Positions 1 through 14,400 of a DNA stretch of 64,000 nucleotides are shown here, piece by piece. Under the pieces are notes generated by a model that ran no database searches, had not been told where the DNA came from, and worked only from the letters and a program-made list of their open reading frames with translations. This DNA is from the human T2T-CHM13v2.0 reference genome, Homo sapiens, in assembly GCF_009914755.1 (NCBI RefSeq), contig NC_060938.1. One strand, written 5' to 3'. A program made the position numbers and the translations under genes. Numbering within the stretch: the first letter of the stretch is position 1; every line of letters begins with the position of its first letter.

Positions 1-3000
1 TCTGAGAAACTTTTTTGTGAAGTGCACATTCATCTCAAAGAGTTAAACCTTTCCTTTGATTGAGGAGTTTCAAAAGTCTCCTTTTGTAGAATCTGCTAGT
101 GGACATTTGGAGCACTTTGATGCCTATGGTGGAAAGGGAAATATCTTCACATAAAAACTAGGTAGAAGTATTCTGAGAAACTTCTTTGTGAGGTGTGCAT
201 TCATCTCACAGAGTTGAACATTTCTTTTTATTGAGCAGTTTGGAAACACTCCTTTTGTCATATCTGCAAGTGGACATTTGGAGCGCTTTGCGGCCTATCG
301 TTGAAAAGGAAATATCTTCACAAAAAATCTAGACAGAAGCAATCTGAGAAACTTCTTTGTGATGTATGCATTCATCTCACAAAGTTAAAACTTTCTTTTG
401 AATGAGCAGTTTTGAAACTCTCTTTTTGTAGAATCTCCTAGTGGGCATTTGGAGTGCTTTGAGGCCTATGGTGGAAAATGAAATAGCTTCACATAAAAAC
501 TAGACAGAAGAATTCTTAGAAACTTCTTTGTGATGTGTGCATTCATCTCACAGAGTGAAACCTTTCTATTGATTGAGCAGTATGGAAACATTCTTTTTGT
601 AAAATCTGCAACTGGACATTTGGAGCGCTTCACAGTTTATGGTAGAAAAGGAAATATCTTCATATACAATCTAGACAGAAGAAATCTGGGAAACTTCTTT
701 GTGATGTGTGCATTCACCTCACAGAGTTAAATGTTTCTTTTGATAGAGCAGTTTTGAAACTCTGTTTTTGTAGAATCTGCAAGGGGACATTTGCAGCGCC
801 TTGAGGCCTACAGTGGAAAAGGAAATATCTTCACATAAAAACTAGACGGAAAAATTCTGGGAAACTTCTTTGTGATGTGTGCATTCATCTTGCAGAGTTG
901 AAAGTTTCTTTTGATTTAGCAGTTCGGAAACACTATTTTTTCAGTATCTGCAAGTGGACATTTGCAGCGATTTGCTGCTGATGGTACAAAAGGAAAGAAC
1001 TTCACTTAAAATCTAGAAAGAAGCATTCTGAGGAACTTCTTTGTGATGTGTGCATTCATCTCACAGAATTAAACATTTCTTTGATTGAGCACTTTTGAAA
1101 CTCTCTTTTTGTAGCGTCTGCAAATCGACATTTTGAACGCTTTGTGTCTTATGGTGGAAAAGGAAATAGCTTCCAAGAAACTACACGGAAGAATTCTGAG
1201 GAACCTCTTTGTGACGTGTCCATTCTTCTCACAAAGTTGAAAATTTCTTTTGATTGAGTAGTTTGGAAATACTCTTTTTGTAGCATCTGCAAGTGAACAT
1301 TTGGAGCACTTTGTGGCCTATGGTATAAAAGGAAATATCTTCACATAAAATCTAGACAGAAGCAATCTGAGAAACTTCTTTGTGATGTGTCCATTCATCT
1401 CACAGTGTTAAACCTTTCCTTTGATTGAAGAGTTTTGAAACCCTCTTTTTGTAGCATTATCTTCAAGTGGACATTTGGAGCGCTTTGCAGCCTATGTCAG
1501 AAAAGGAAATAACTTCACATAAAATCTAGACAGAAGCAATCTGAGAAACTTCTTTGTGAGGTCTGAATTCATCTCACAGAGTTAAACCTTTCTTTTGATT
1601 GAGTTGTTTTGAAACTCTCTTTTTGTAGTATCTTCACGTGGACATTTGGAGTGCTTAAATGCCTGTGGTGGAAAAGGAAATATCTTCATGTAAAAACTAG
1701 ACAGAAGAATTCTGAGAAACTTCTTTGTGATAGGTGTGTTCATCTCACAGAGTTGAATCTTTCTTTTCATTGAGCCGTTTGGAAACACTCTTTTTGTAGA
1801 ACCTGCAAGTGAATATTCAGAGCGCTTTGGGGCCTATAGTAAAAAAGGAAATATCTTCACATAAAATCTAGACAGAAGCAATCTGAGAAACTTATTTGTG
1901 AAATGTGCATTCATCTCACAGAGTTAAATCTTTCTTTTGATTGAGGAGTTTGGAAACTCTCTTTTTGTAGAATCTGCAAGTGGACATTTGGAGTGCTTTG
2001 TGGCCTAAGGTAGAAAAGGAAATATCTTCACATAAAATCTAGACAGAAGCAATCGTAGAAACAGCTTTGTGATGTGTGCATTCATCTTACAGAGTTAAAC
2101 CTTAATTTTGATCGAGCAGTTTTGAAACTCTCTTTTTGTAGAATCTGCAAGTGGACATTTGGAGCGCTTTGTGGTTTATGGTAGAAAAGGAGACATCTTC
2201 AGATAAAATCTAGATAGAAGCAAACTGAGAAACTTCTTTGTTATGTGTGCATTCACCTCACGCAGTTAAAACTTTCTTTTGATTGAGCAGTTCTGAAACT
2301 CTCTTTTTGTAGAATCTGCAAATGGCCATCTGGAGCACTTTGAGGACTATGGTGGAAATGGAAATATCTTCACATAAAAACTTGACAGAAGAATTCTGAG
2401 AAACTTCTTTGTTATGAATGCATTCATCTCTCAGAGTTGAAACTTTCTTTTGATTAACCAGTTTGGAAAGATTCTTTTTGTAGATTCTGCAAGTGGCATT
2501 TGGATTTCTTTGCCCCCTAATGTAGAAAAGGAAATATCTTCACATAAAATCTAGACATAAGTAATCTGAGAAATTTCTTTGTGATGTGTGCATTCATCTC
2601 ACAGAGTTAAACCTTTCTTTTGATGGAACAGTTTTGAAACTCTATTTTTATAGAATCTGCAAGTGGACATTTGGAGCACTTTCAGGCCAATGGTGGAAAA
2701 AGAAATATCTCTCATAAAAACTAGACAGAAGAACTCTTAGAAACTTCTCTCTGATGTGTGCATTCATCCCACAGAGTTCAACGTTTCTTTTGATTGAACA
2801 GTTTGGAAACACTCTTTTTGTAAAATCTGCAACTGGACATTTGGAGCGCTTCGCGGTTTATGGTAGAAAAGGAAATATGTTCATATAAAATCTAGACAGA
2901 AGAAATCTGGGAAACTTCTTTGTGATGTGTGCATTCATCTCACAGAGTTAAACGTTTCTTTTGATAGAGCAGTTTCAAAACTCTGTTTTTGTAGAATCTG

Positions 3001-3911
3001 CAAGTGGACACTTGCAACTCCTTGAGGCGTATAGTGGAAAAGGAAATATCTTCACATAAAAACTAGACAGAAGAATTCTGGGAAACTTCTTTGTGATGTG
3101 TGCATTCATCTCACAAAGTTGAAACTTTCTTTTGATTTAGCAGTTTGGAAGCACTATTTTTGCAGTGTCTACAAGTGGGCATTTGCAGCGCTTTGCTGCC
3201 TAAGGTAGAAAAGGAAATATCTTCACTTAAAATCTAGAAAGAAGCAATCTGAGAAACTTCTTTGTGATGTGTGCATTCATCTCACAGAGTTGAACATTTC
3301 TTTTGATTGAGCAGTTAGGAAACACTCTTTTTGTAGAATCTGCAAGTGGAGATTTGGAGCACTTAGCAGCCTATGGTAGGAAAGGAAATATCTTCACGTA
3401 AAATCTAGACAGAAGCAATCTGAGAAACTTCTTTGTGACGTGTGCATTCATCTCACAGTGTTAAACCTTAGTTGTCATTGAGTAGTTTTGAAACTCTCTT
3501 TTTGTAGAATCTGCAAATTGACATTTGGAGGGCTTTGAGGGCTATGTTGGAAAAGGAAATATCTTCACATAAAAACTAGACAGAAGAATTCTGACAAACT
3601 TTTTTGTGATGTGTACATTCATCTCCCAGAGTTGAACCTTTATATTGATTGAGCAGTTTGGAAAAACTCTTTTTGTAGAATCTGCAAGTGGATATTTGGA
3701 GCGCTTTGTGGCCTATGGTAGAAAAGGAAATATCTTCACATAAAATCGAGAAAGAAACAATCTGAGAAACTATTTGCAATGTGTACATTCATCTCACAGA
3801 GTTGAAGCTTTCTTTTGATTGAGCAGTTTGGAAACACTCTTTTTGTAAAATCTGCAGGTGGACATTTGGAACGCTTTGTGGCCTATGATAGAAAAGGAAA
3901 TATCTTCGTAT
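1..3911 (+). repeat. Alpha satellite, divergent non-HOR ~171-bp monomers, layer 1, forward orientation
   Basis: Tandem ~171-bp units of ...TCTGAGAAACTTCTTTGTGATGTGTGCATTCATCTCACAGAGTT...GGAAATATCTTCACATAAAA. The box region is pJalpha-like (CTATGGTRGAAAAGGAA) and no CENP-B box was seen. Two monomer types roughly alternate: AAAACTAGACAGAAGAATT and AAATCTAGACAGAAGCAAT. Confidence 0.97.
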
Positions 3912-5430
3912 CACAAAGAGAGAGTTTTAAAACTGCTCAAACTAAAGAAAGGATCAACTCTCTGTGATGAACGCACACATCAGAAAGACGTTTCTCAGAA
4001 TTCTTCTGTCTAGTTTTTATGTGAAGATATTTCCTTTTCCACTGCAGGCCTCAAACCGCTCCAAATATCCTCTTGCAGATTCTACAAAAAGACAGTTTCA
4101 AAACTGCTCACTCAAAAGAAAGTTTTAACTCTGTAAGATGAATGCACACATCACAAAGTAGTTTCTCAGATTGCTTCTGTCTATAATTTATGTGAAGACG
4201 TTTCCTTTTCTACCATAGGCCCCAAAGCGCTCCAAATGTCCATTTGCAGATTCTACAAAAAGAGTGTCTCCAAATTGCTCAATCAAAAGTAATGTTCAAC
4301 TCTGTGAGAAGAAGGTCCGCATCACAAAGAAGTTTCTCAGAATTCTTCTGTCTACATTTTATGTGAGGATATTTCCTTTTCCACAGCAAGCCTCAAAGTG
4401 CTCCAAATGTCCACTTGCAAATTCTACAAAAAGAGAGTTTCCTATCTGCTCCATCAAAAGAAAACTTCAGCTCTGTGAGATGAATGCACACATCACAAAG
4501 GAGTTTCTCAGATTGCTTCTGTCTAGACATTATGTGAAGATATTTCCTTTTCCAACATAGGACTCAAAGTGGTCCAAATGTCCACTTGTAGATGCTACAA
4601 AAGAGAGTTTCAAAACTGCTATATCAAAAGAAAAGTTTAACTCCATGAGATGAATACACATATCTCAAAGAAGTTTCTCAGATTGCTTCTGTCTAGATTT
4701 TATGTGAAGATATTTCCTTTTCTACCATAGTCCGCAAAACTCTCCAAATGTCCACTGGCAGATTCTACAAAAAGAGTGTTTCCAAACTGCTCAATTGAAA
4801 GAAAGGTTCAACTATGTGAAATGAATGCACACATCACAAAGTTGTTTCTCAGAATTCTTCTGTCTAGTTTTTATGTTAAGATATTTCCTTTTCCACCACA
4901 CGCCTCAAAGTGCTCCAAATATCCACTTGCGGATTCTACAAAAACAGATTTTCAAAACTCCTCAATCAAAAGAAAAGTTTATTTCTGTGAGACGAATGTC
5001 CACATCACAAAGAAGTTTCTCAGATTGCTTCTGTCTTCTTTTTATGTGAAGATATTTCCTTTTCCACAGTAGGCCTTAAAACCTTCCAAATATCCATTTG
5101 CAGATTCTACAAAAAGACAGTTTCAAAACGGTTCACTCAAAAGAAAGTTTTAACTCTGTGAGAGGAATGCACACATCACAAACTAGTTTCTCAGATTGCT
5201 TCTGTCTACAATTTATGTGAAGATGTTTCCTTTTCTATCATAGGCCCCAAAGCACTCTAAATGTCCACTTGCAGATTCTACAAAAAGAGAGTTTCAAAAC
5301 TGCTCAATCAAAAGAAAGGTTAACTCTGTGAGATGAATGCACACATCACTCAGAAGTTTCTCACATTGCATCTGTCTAGATTTTATGTGAGGGTATTTCA
5401 TTTTCTACCACAGGCCACAAAGCTCTCCAA
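3912..5430 (-). repeat. Alpha satellite, same layer-1 monomer class, inverted orientation
   Basis: Reverse-complement monomers retain the layer-1 diagnostics TTCTGTCTAG and AAATGTCCACTT. The switch occurs inside ...GGAAATATCTTCGTAT|CACAAAGAGAGAGTTTT... Confidence 0.95.
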
Positions 5431-8400
5431 TGCTACAAAAAGAGTTTCAAAACCGCTCTATCAAAAGATAGGTTCAAATCTGTGAGTTGAATGCACACAT
5501 AACAACGAAGTTTGCTGGAATACTTCTGTGTAGTTTTATCTGAAGATATTTCCTTTTCCAAAATTGACCTCAAAGCCCTTGAAATATCCACTTCCAGATT
5601 CTACACAATAGTGTTTCAAAACTACTCAGTCAATAGAAAGTTTCAACTCTTTGTGATGAATGCACTCATCACAAAGAATTTCCCCAGAATGGTTCTGTGT
5701 AGTTTTTTTTTTTTTTTGGAAGATATTTCCTTTTCCACTATAGGGTGCAAAAGGATCCAAATATCCATTTGCAGATTCTACAGAAAGAGAGAGTCAAAAC
5801 TGCTGAATCAAAAGACAGGTTCAACTCTGTGAGTTGAATGCACACATAACAAGAAATTTCATAGAATGCTTCTGTGTAGTACTTATGTGAAGATATTCCC
5901 TTTTCCACAACAGGCCTCAAAGCTCTCCAAATATCCACTTGCAGATTCTACAAAAAGAGTGTTTCAAAACTGCTCAATCATAATATAGGTTCAACCCTGT
6001 GAGATGAATGCACATATCACAAAGAAGTTTCTCAGAATGCTTCTGTGTACTTTTAATTTGAAGATATTTCCTTTTCCACCATAGACCACAAAGGGCTCCA
6101 TATATCCACTTGCAGATTCTACAAATAGAGAGATTCAATACTGCTCAATGAAAAGATAGGTTCAACACTATGAGTTTAAAGCACACATCACAAAGAAGTC
6201 TCTCAGAATGCTTCTGTGTAGTTTTTATGTGAAGATATTTCCTTTTCCTCAATTGGCCACAAAGCTCTCAAAATATCCAGCTACATATTCTGCAAAAAGA
6301 GAGATTCAAAACTGCTCAATCATTAGATAGGTTACATTCTGTGATTTGAATGCACAAATCACGAAGGAGTTTCTCAGAATGCTTCTGTGTAGTGTTTATG
6401 TGAAGATATTTCCTTATCCACCATAAGCCGCAAGGGTCTTCAAATATCCACTTGCAGATTCTGCAAAGGAGAGATTTTAAACTGCTTAATGAAAAGATAG
6501 GTTCAACTCTGTGAGTTGAATGCACACGTCAGAAAGAAGTTTCTAAGAATGCTTCTGATTAGTTTTTGTGTGAAGATATTTTCTTTTCCACCACAAGCCG
6601 CAAAGGGCTCCAAATATCCACTTGCAGATACTGCAAAAAGAGAGATTCCAAACTGCTCAATCTAAAGATAGGTTCAACTTTGTGAGTTGAATGCATACAT
6701 CACAAAGAAGTTTCTCAGAATTCCTCTGAGTATTTTTTATGTGAAGATATTTCCCTTTCCACAGTAGGACTCAAAGCACACGAAATATCCACTTGCAGAT
6801 TCTATAAAAAGAGTGCTTCAAAACTGCTCAATCAAAAGAAAGGTTCAACTCTGTGAGATGAATGCACACATCATAAAGCAGTTTCTCAGAATGCTTCCGT
6901 GTAGTTTTTATCTGAAGATATTGGCTTTTCCACGGTAGGTCTCAAAGCGCTCCAAATATACACTTGAAGATTCTACATAAAGAATGATTCAAAACTGCTC
7001 CATCATAAGATAGGTTCAACCCTGTGAGATGAATGCACACATTGCAAAGAAGTTTCTCAGAAAGATTCTGTGTAGTTTTTATGTGAACATATTTGATTTT
7101 CCACAGTAGGCCTCACTGCGATCCAAATATCCACTTGCCGATTCTTCAAAAAGAGAGATTCAAACCATCTCAATGAAAAGAAAGGTTGAACTCTGTGAGT
7201 TTAATGCACACATTACGAAGAAGTTACTGAGAATGCTTCTGTACAGTTTTTATTTGAATATATTCCTTTTTCCACCTTAGGGCGGAAAGGACTCCAGTTA
7301 TCCACTTGCAGATTCTACAAAAAGAGAGATTCTAAAGTGCTCAATCAAAAGATAGGTTCAAATCTGTGAGTTGAATGTACACATCATAAAGTAGTTTCAC
7401 AGAATGCTTCTGAGTAGTTTCTATGTGAAGATATTTCCTTTTCCATGTTAGTCCTCAAAGGTTTCCAATTATCCACTTGCAGATTCTACAAAAAGAGTGT
7501 TCCAAAATTGCTCAATCCAAAGAAAAGTTCAACTCTGTGAGATGAATGCACACATCACAAAGAAGTTTCTCAGAATGCTTCTGTGTAGTTTTTATATGAA
7601 GATATTTCCTTATCCACAGTAGGCCTCAAAGGGCTCCAAATATCCACTTGCAGATTCTACAAAAGAGTGTTTCAAAACTGCTCAATCAAAAGAAAGGTTC
7701 AACTCTGTGAGATGAATGCACACATCACAAAGAAGTTTCTCAGAATGCTTCTGTGTAGTATTTATGTGAAAATATTCCCTTTTACATAATAAGCCTCAAC
7801 GTTCTCCAAACATCCGCTTGCAGATTCTGCAAAAAGAGAGATTCAAAACTGATCGATCAAAAGATAGGTTCAACTCTGTGAGTTGAATGCACACATCACA
7901 AAGTAGTTTCTCAGAATGCTTCTGAGTAGTTTTTATGTGAACATATTTCATTTCCCACAGTAGGTCTCACAGTGCTCCAAATATCCACTTGCAAATTCTA
8001 CAAAAAGAGAAATTCAAAACTGCTAAATCAAAAGATATGTTCAGCCCTGTGAGTTGAATGCACACATCACAAATAAGTTTCTGAGAATGTTTCTTTGTAG
8101 TTCTTATTTGAAGATATTTCCTTTTCTACCATAGCCCTCAAAGGGCTCCAATTATTCACTTGCAGATTCTACAAAAAGAGTGTTTCAAAACTGCTCAATC
8201 AAAAGAAAGTTTCAACACTGTGAGATGAATGCAAACATCAAAAAGAAGTATCTCAGAATGGTTCTATGTAGTTTTTATGTGAAGATATTTCCTTTTCCAC
8301 AATAGGCCTCAAAGGGCTCCAAATATCAACTTACAGTTTCTACAAAAAGAGTGTTTCAAATCTGCTCAATCAAAAGAAAGTTTCAACTCTGTGAGTTGAA

Positions 8401-11400
8401 TGCACACATCGCAAAAAAGTTTCTCAGAAAGCTTTTGTGTAGCTTTTATCTGAAGTTATTTGCTTTTCCACAGTAGGCCTCAAAGCGCTCCAAATATCCA
8501 CTTGCAGATTCTGCAAAAGAGAGATTAAAAACTGCTCAATAATAAGATAGTTTCAACTCTGTGAGTTGAATGCATACATCACAAAGAAATTTCTATGAAT
8601 GCTTCTGTGTAGTTTTTATTTGAAGATATTTCCTTTTCCACCATGGGGCTCAAAGAGCTCCAAATATCTACCTGCAGATTTTATAAAAAGAGAGATTCAA
8701 AACTGCTCAATGAGAAAATAAGTTAAACTCTGTGGGTTGAGTGCACACCTCACAGAGAAGTTTCTCAGAATGCTTCTGTGTAGTTTTTATGTGAAGATAT
8801 TTGCTTTTCCATAATAGGTTTCAAAGCTCTCCAAACATCCACTTGCAGATTCTGCAAAAAGAGAGCTTCTAAACTGCTCAATCAAAATATAGGTTCAACT
8901 CTGTGAGTTGAATGCACACATCAGAAAGAAGTTTATCAGAATGCTTCTGTGTAGTTTTTATTTGAAGATATTTCCTTTTCCACAATAGTCCTCAAAGGGC
9001 TCCAATTATCCACTAGCAGATTGTACAAAAAGAGTGTTTCAAAACTGCTCCATCAAAAGAAAGTTTCAACTCTATGACATGAATGCACGCACCACAAAGA
9101 ACTTTCCCAGAATATTTATGTGTAGTTTTTATGTGAAGACATTTCCTTTTCCACAATAGGCCACAAAGCTTTGCAAACATACACTTGCAGATTCTGCAAA
9201 AAGAAAGATTCAAAAATCCTCAATCAAAAGATAGGTTCAACTCTTGTGAGTTGAATGCACACATTGCAAAGAAGTTTCTCAGAATACTTCTATGTAGTTT
9301 TCATGGGAAGATATTTCCTTTTCCACAACAGGCCTCAAAGGGCTCCAAATATCCACTTGCAGATTCTACAAAAAGAGTGTTTCAAAACTGCTCAATCAAG
9401 AGAAAGTTTTAACTCTGTGAGATGAATGCAAACATCACAAAGATGTTTCTCTGAATGCTTCTGTGTAGTTTTAATCTGAAGATAATTGCTTTTCCACGGT
9501 AGGCCTTAAGGCCCTCAAAATATCCAGTTGCAGATTCTGCAAAAAGAGAGATTCAAAACTGCTCATTCTTAAGATAGGTTCAAGTCTGTGAGTTGAATGC
9601 ATACATCACAAAGAAGTTTATCAGAATGCTCCTGAATAGTTTTTATGTGAAGATATTTACTTTTCCACAATAGCCCTCAAAGGGCTCCAAATATCCAGTT
9701 GCAGATTCTACAAAAAGAGTGTTTCAAAACTGCTCAATCATAAGATAGTTTCAACCCTGTGAGATGAATGCACACATCACAAAGAAGTTTCTCAGTATGT
9801 TTCTGTTTAGTTTTTATTTGAAAATATTTCTTTTTCCACCAAAGGCCGCAAATGGCTCCAAATATCTACTTGCAGTTTCTGCCAAAAGAGAGATTCAAAT
9901 CTGCTCAATCAAAAGATAGGTTCAACTCTGTGAGTTGAATGCACACATCCCAAAGAAGTTTCTCAGAATGCTTCTGTGTAGTTTTTATATGAAGATATTT
10001 GCTTTTCCTCAGTATGCCTCAAAGGGCAGCAAATATCCACTTGCAGATTCTACAAATAGAGAGATTCAAAACTGCTCAATGAGAAGAAAAGTTTAACTCT
10101 GTGGGTTGAATGGACTCCTCATAAAGAAGTTTCTCAGAATGCTTCTGTGTAGTTTTTATGTGAAGATATTTCCTTTTCCACAATATTCCTCAAAGGGCTC
10201 CAAATATCCAGTTGCAGATTCTACAAAAAGAGTGTTTCAAAACTGCTCAATCAAAGGAAAGTTTCAACTCTGTGAGACGAATGCACACATCACTAAGAAG
10301 TTTCTCAGAATGCTTCTGTTTAGTTTTTGTTTGTAGGTATATGCTTTTCCATGGTAGGCCTCAATTCCCTCTAAATATCCACTTGCAGATTCTACAAAAA
10401 CAGTGTTTCAAAACTGCTCAATAAAACGGTAGGTTCAAACCTGTGAGATAAATGCACATATCACAAAGAAGTTTCTCAGAATTCTTCTGTGTAATTTTTA
10501 TCTGAAGATATTTCCTTTTCCACCATAGGACACAATGGGCTCCAAATATCCACTTGTACATTCTACAAAAAGAGAGACGCAAAACTGCTCAAAGAGGACA
10601 TATGTTCAACTCTGTGAGTTGAATGCACACGACACAAAGAAGTTTCTCAGAATGGTTCTGTGTAGTTTTTATGTGAAAATATTTCCCTTTCCACAATATG
10701 CCTGAAAGCTCTCCAAACATCCCCTTGCAGATTCTGCAAAAAGAGAGATTCAAAACTACTCAATCAAAAGATAGGTTCAACTATGTGAGTTGAAGGCACA
10801 CATCACAAATAAGTTTCTCAGAATGCTTCTGTGTTGTTTTTATGTGAACATATTTGATTTTCCACAATAGGCCTCACGGCGCTCCAAATATCCACTTGCA
10901 GAATCTATAAGAGAGATTCAAAACTGCTCAATCAAAAGATAGGTTCAAATCTGTGAGTTGAATGCACACATCATGAAGAAGTTTCTGAGAATGCTTCTGT
11001 GTAGTTTTTATTTGAAGATATTTCCTTTTCCACCATAGGGTGCAAAGGGCCCCAAATATTCCCTTGCAGATTCTACAAAAATAGAGAGTCTAAACCGCTC
11101 AATTGAAAGAGAGGTTGAACTCTGTGAGTTGAACACACACATCTCAAAGTAGTTTCTCAGAATGCTTCTGAGTAGTTTTTTATGTGAAGATATTTCCTTT
11201 TCCACAATAGGCCTCAAAGGGCTCCAATTATCCACTTGCAGATTCTACAAAAAGAGAGTTTCAAAACTGCCTAATCAAAAGTAAAGTTCAACTCTGTGAG
11301 ATGAATGCCTATATCACAAAGAAGTTTCTCAGAATGCTTCTGTGTAGTTTTTATGGGAAGATATTTCCTTTTCCACTATAGGCCTCAAGGGGCTCCAAAT

Positions 11401-14400
11401 ATCCAATTGAAGATTCTAGAAAAAGAGTGTTTCAAAACTGCTCAATCAAAAGAAAGGTTCAACTCTGTGAGATGAATGCACACATCATAAACAAGTTTCT
11501 CAGAATGCTTCTATGTAGTTTTAATCTGAAGATATTAGCTTTTCCATGCTAGGCCTCAATTCGCTCCAAATATCCACTTGCAGACTCTACAAAAAGAGTG
11601 TTTCAAAATTGCTGAATCATAAGATAAGTTCAACCCTGTGAGATGAAAGAACACATAACAAAGAAGTTTCTTGCAATGTTTCCGTGCAGTTTTTATTTGA
11701 AGATATTTCCTTTTCCACCATAGGCCACAAAGGGCTCCAAATATCCACTTGCAGATTCTGCAAAAAGAGAGATTCAAAACTGCTCAATCAAAAGATAATT
11801 TCAACTCTGTGAGTTGAATGCACACATCCCAAAGAAGTTTCTATGAATGCTTCTGTGTAGTTTTTTTGTGAAGGTATTTTCTTTTCCACAGTAGCATTCA
11901 AATGGCTCCAAGTATCCACCTTCAGATTCGGCAAAAAGAGAGATTCAAAACTGCGCAATCAAAAGATAGCTTCAACTCTGTGAGTTGAATGCATACATCA
12001 TGAAGAAGTTTCTGAGAATGCTTCTCTGTGGTTTTTATTTGAAGATACTTCCTTTTCCACCATAGAGGGCAAAGGGCTCCAAATATCCACTTGCATATCC
12101 TACAAAAAGAGAGATTCTAAACTGCTCAATCTAAAGATAGGTTCAACTCTGTGAGTTGAATGCACAAATCACAAAGAAGTTTCTCAGAATGCTTCTGTGT
12201 AGTTTTTATGTGAAGATATTTGCTTTTCCACAATACGCTTCAGAGCTCTCCAAACATCCACTTGCAGATTCTGCAAAAAGAGAGATTCTAAACTGCTCAT
12301 TCAAAAGATAGTTTCAACTCTGTGAGTTGAATGCACAAATCACCAAGAAGTTTCTCAGAATGTTTCTGAGTAGTTTTTATGTGAAGATATATCCTTTTCC
12401 ACAGTAGGCCACAAAGGGCTCCAATTATCCAATTGCACATTCTTCAAAAAGAGTGTTTCAAAACTGCTCAATCAAAAGAAAAGTTTAACCCTGTGATATG
12501 AATGCACACATCACAAAGAAATTTCTCAGATGCTTCTGTGTAGTTTTTATATGAAGATATTTTATTTTCCACAGTAGGCCTCACAGCGCTCCAAATATCC
12601 ACTTGAAGATTCTACAAAAGAGAGACTCAAAACTACTCAACCAAAAGATAGGTTCAACTCTGTCAGTTGAATGCACACATCATGAAGAAGTTTCTGAGAA
12701 TGCTTCTGTGTAGTTTTTGTCTGAAGATATTTCCTTTTCCACCATAGTGTGCAAAGGGCTCCAAATATCCACTTGCAGATTCTACAAAGAGAGAAATTCA
12801 AATCTTCTCAATCAAAAGATAAGTTCAACTCTGTGAGTTGAATGCACACATCACAAAGAAGCTTCTCAGAATGCTTCTGAGTAGCTTTAAGTGAAGATAT
12901 TTTCTTTTCCACAGTATGCCTCAAAGGGCTGAAAATATAAACCTGCAGATTCCGCAAAAAGAGAGATTGAAAACTGCTTAATCAAAAGATAGCTTCAACT
13001 CTGTGAGTTGAATGCATACATCACAAAGAAGTTTCTCCGATTACTTCTGTGTAGTTTTTATTTGAAGATATTTCTTTTTCCACCATAGGGCCAAAGGGCT
13101 TCAAATATCCACTTGCAGATTCTACAAAAAGAGGGATTCAAAACTGGTCAATGAGAAGATAAGTTCCACTCTGTGAGTTGAATGCACACCTCACAAAGAA
13201 GTTTCTCAGAATTCTTCTGTGTACTTTTTATGTGAAGATATTTTCTTCTCCACAATTGGTCTCAAAGATCTCCAAACCTCTACCTGCATATTCTGCAAAA
13301 GGAGAAATTCAAAACTGCTCAATCAAAAGGTAGGTTCACCTCTGTGAGTTGCATGCACACATCACAAAGAAGTTTCTCAGAATGTTTCTTTGTAGTTTTT
13401 ATGTGAACATATTTGATTTTCCACATTAGGTCTCACAGTGCTCCAAATATCCACTTGCAGATTCTACAAAAAGAGAGATTCAAAACTGCTCAATCAAAAG
13501 CTGGGTTCAATTCTGTGAGTTGAATGCACACATTACGATGAAGTTTCTGAGAATGCTTCTGTGTAGTTTTTATACGAAGATATTTACTTTTCCTCCATAG
13601 GGTGCAAGGGCTCCAAATATCCACGAGCAGATTCTACAAAAAGACAAATTCTAAACTGCTCAATCAAAAGATAGGTTCAACACTGTGAGTACAATGCACT
13701 CATCACTAAGAAGTTGCTCAGAATGCTTCTGTGTAGTTTTTATGTGAAGATATTTGCTTTACCATGGTAGGTCTCAAAGCACTCCAAATATCCACCTGCA
13801 GACTCTACAAAAAGAGTGTTTCAAAACTGCTCAATCATAAGATAGGCTCAATCCTGTGAGATGAATGCATACATCACAAAGAAGTTTCTCAGAATGTTTC
13901 TGTGAAGTTTTTATTTGAAATATGTCCTTTTCCACCATTGGCCGCAAAGGGCTTCAAATATCCACTTGCAGATTCTGCAAAGAGAGAGATTCAAAACCGT
14001 TCAATCAGAAGAAAGGTTCAAACCTGTGAGTTGAATTCACACATTCCAAAGAATTTTCCAAGAATGCTTCTGTGTAGTTTTTAAGTGAAGATATTTGCTT
14101 TTCCACAGAAGGCCTTAAAGAGTTACAAATATCATCCTGCAGATTCTGCAAAAGAGATTCAAAACTGCTTAATCAAAAGATATGTTCAGCTCTGTGAGTT
14201 GAATGCACACATCACTAAGTAGTTTCTGAGAATGCTTCTGTGAATTTTTTGTTTGAAGATATTTTCTTTTCCACCTCAGGGTGCAAAGGGTTCCAAATAT
14301 CCACTTACAAATTCTACAAAAAGAGAGATTCTAAACTGCTCAATCAAAAAGTAGGTTCAACTCTGTGAGTTCAATGCTCACATCACAAAGAAGTTTCTCA

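Noticed and set aside
530-14084. Many 60-106 aa ORFs with similar peptides (e.g. ITKKFLRILLS)
   Set aside because: These are chance translations of 171-bp (57-codon) alpha-satellite units, not a gene family.
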